From positions 1 through 50,278 of IMG/VR virus record IMGVR_UViG_3300025082_000010: 50,278 nt of DNA; one strand, given 5' to 3'. The translations under genes were made by a program, and so were the position numbers. Shown here piece after piece: positions 49,964 to 50,278 of the stretch (position 1 is its first letter; each line of letters starts with the position of its first letter). The DNA comes from a virus (Duplodnaviria; Caudoviricetes). The notes beneath the pieces are model-generated. The model saw nothing but the letters and a program-made list of their open reading frames with translations. It did not search any database and had not been told where the DNA came from.

Positions 49964-50257
49964 CTAGCTTTCTAAAATTTCCAATCCTTTTTCTATCGCT
50001 GCTAGTTGGGCTTCTTGTTTGGTTGTGAAATAATCTTCATCTTTTAATATAAAACTAAAATCACAAGTTCTTGAGTTAACACATAAACCCCATCTATCAG
50101 GGTTGTTTGTGTCCATGCCAATAATCATATCTATTCGATGGCCTTCAATCCACCCAATAATCAAGAGCGTTTCTATCTCGTAGCCTCGTGGGGTTTTGTG
50201 GGGCATGTGGAAATAAGGTTTATATCCTAGTTTGATACATCGCTCAAATAATCCCAT
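49964..50257 (-). CDS. Hypothetical protein (5' end probably extends to the ATG seen at 269)
   Basis: C-terminal T.QEAQLAAIEKGL pattern; overlap with window start. Confidence 0.65.
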   Translation of the reverse strand: MGLFERCIKLGYKPYFHMPHKTPRGYEIETLLIIGWIEGHRIDMIIGMDTNNPDRWGLCVNSRTCDFSFILKDEDYFTTKQEAQLAAIEKGLEILES

Positions 50258-50278
50258 TATCGTTTTGTCGTATTTTAT

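Noticed and set aside
1-50278. Alternative genetic code or a hidden integron integrase
   Set aside because: Core genes are intact under the standard code, and no ORF shows the R-H-x-x-R-Y tyrosine recombinase pattern by eye

Overview
AT-rich, apparently complete (circularly permuted) ~50 kb tailed-phage genome, most likely a siphovirus of a Bacteroidota host. Host evidence: DUF3127-type SSB, TAnnTTTG -7 promoter boxes and a C-x-K-E-E lipoprotein. Modules: helicase/DNA methylase/MazG-like (1.0-3.7 kb, -); recombination and many small accessory ORFs with holin-like gene and M15 endolysin (4.2-16.4 kb, +); packaging, head and tail (16.4-42.1 kb, +) with a -1 frameshift tail chaperone before the tape measure; accessory and replication genes (primase-helicase, initiator, ParB-like; 42.2-50.3 kb, -). 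No integrase, repressor, tRNA, CRISPR array or reverse transcriptase was recognised. Main observation: 12 attC-like imperfect palindromes (TAAC...GTT) at five loci. They delimit at least seven small gene cassettes, each with its own mutually complementary ends, which is the signature of integron-type cassette traffic, but the phage encodes no recognisable recombinase. Also seen: two other repeated gene-slot linkers, a kissing-loop RNA, a 3-copy promoter/operator, and two alleles of one locus at the contig ends. All protein calls come from motif recognition by eye, not database searches.
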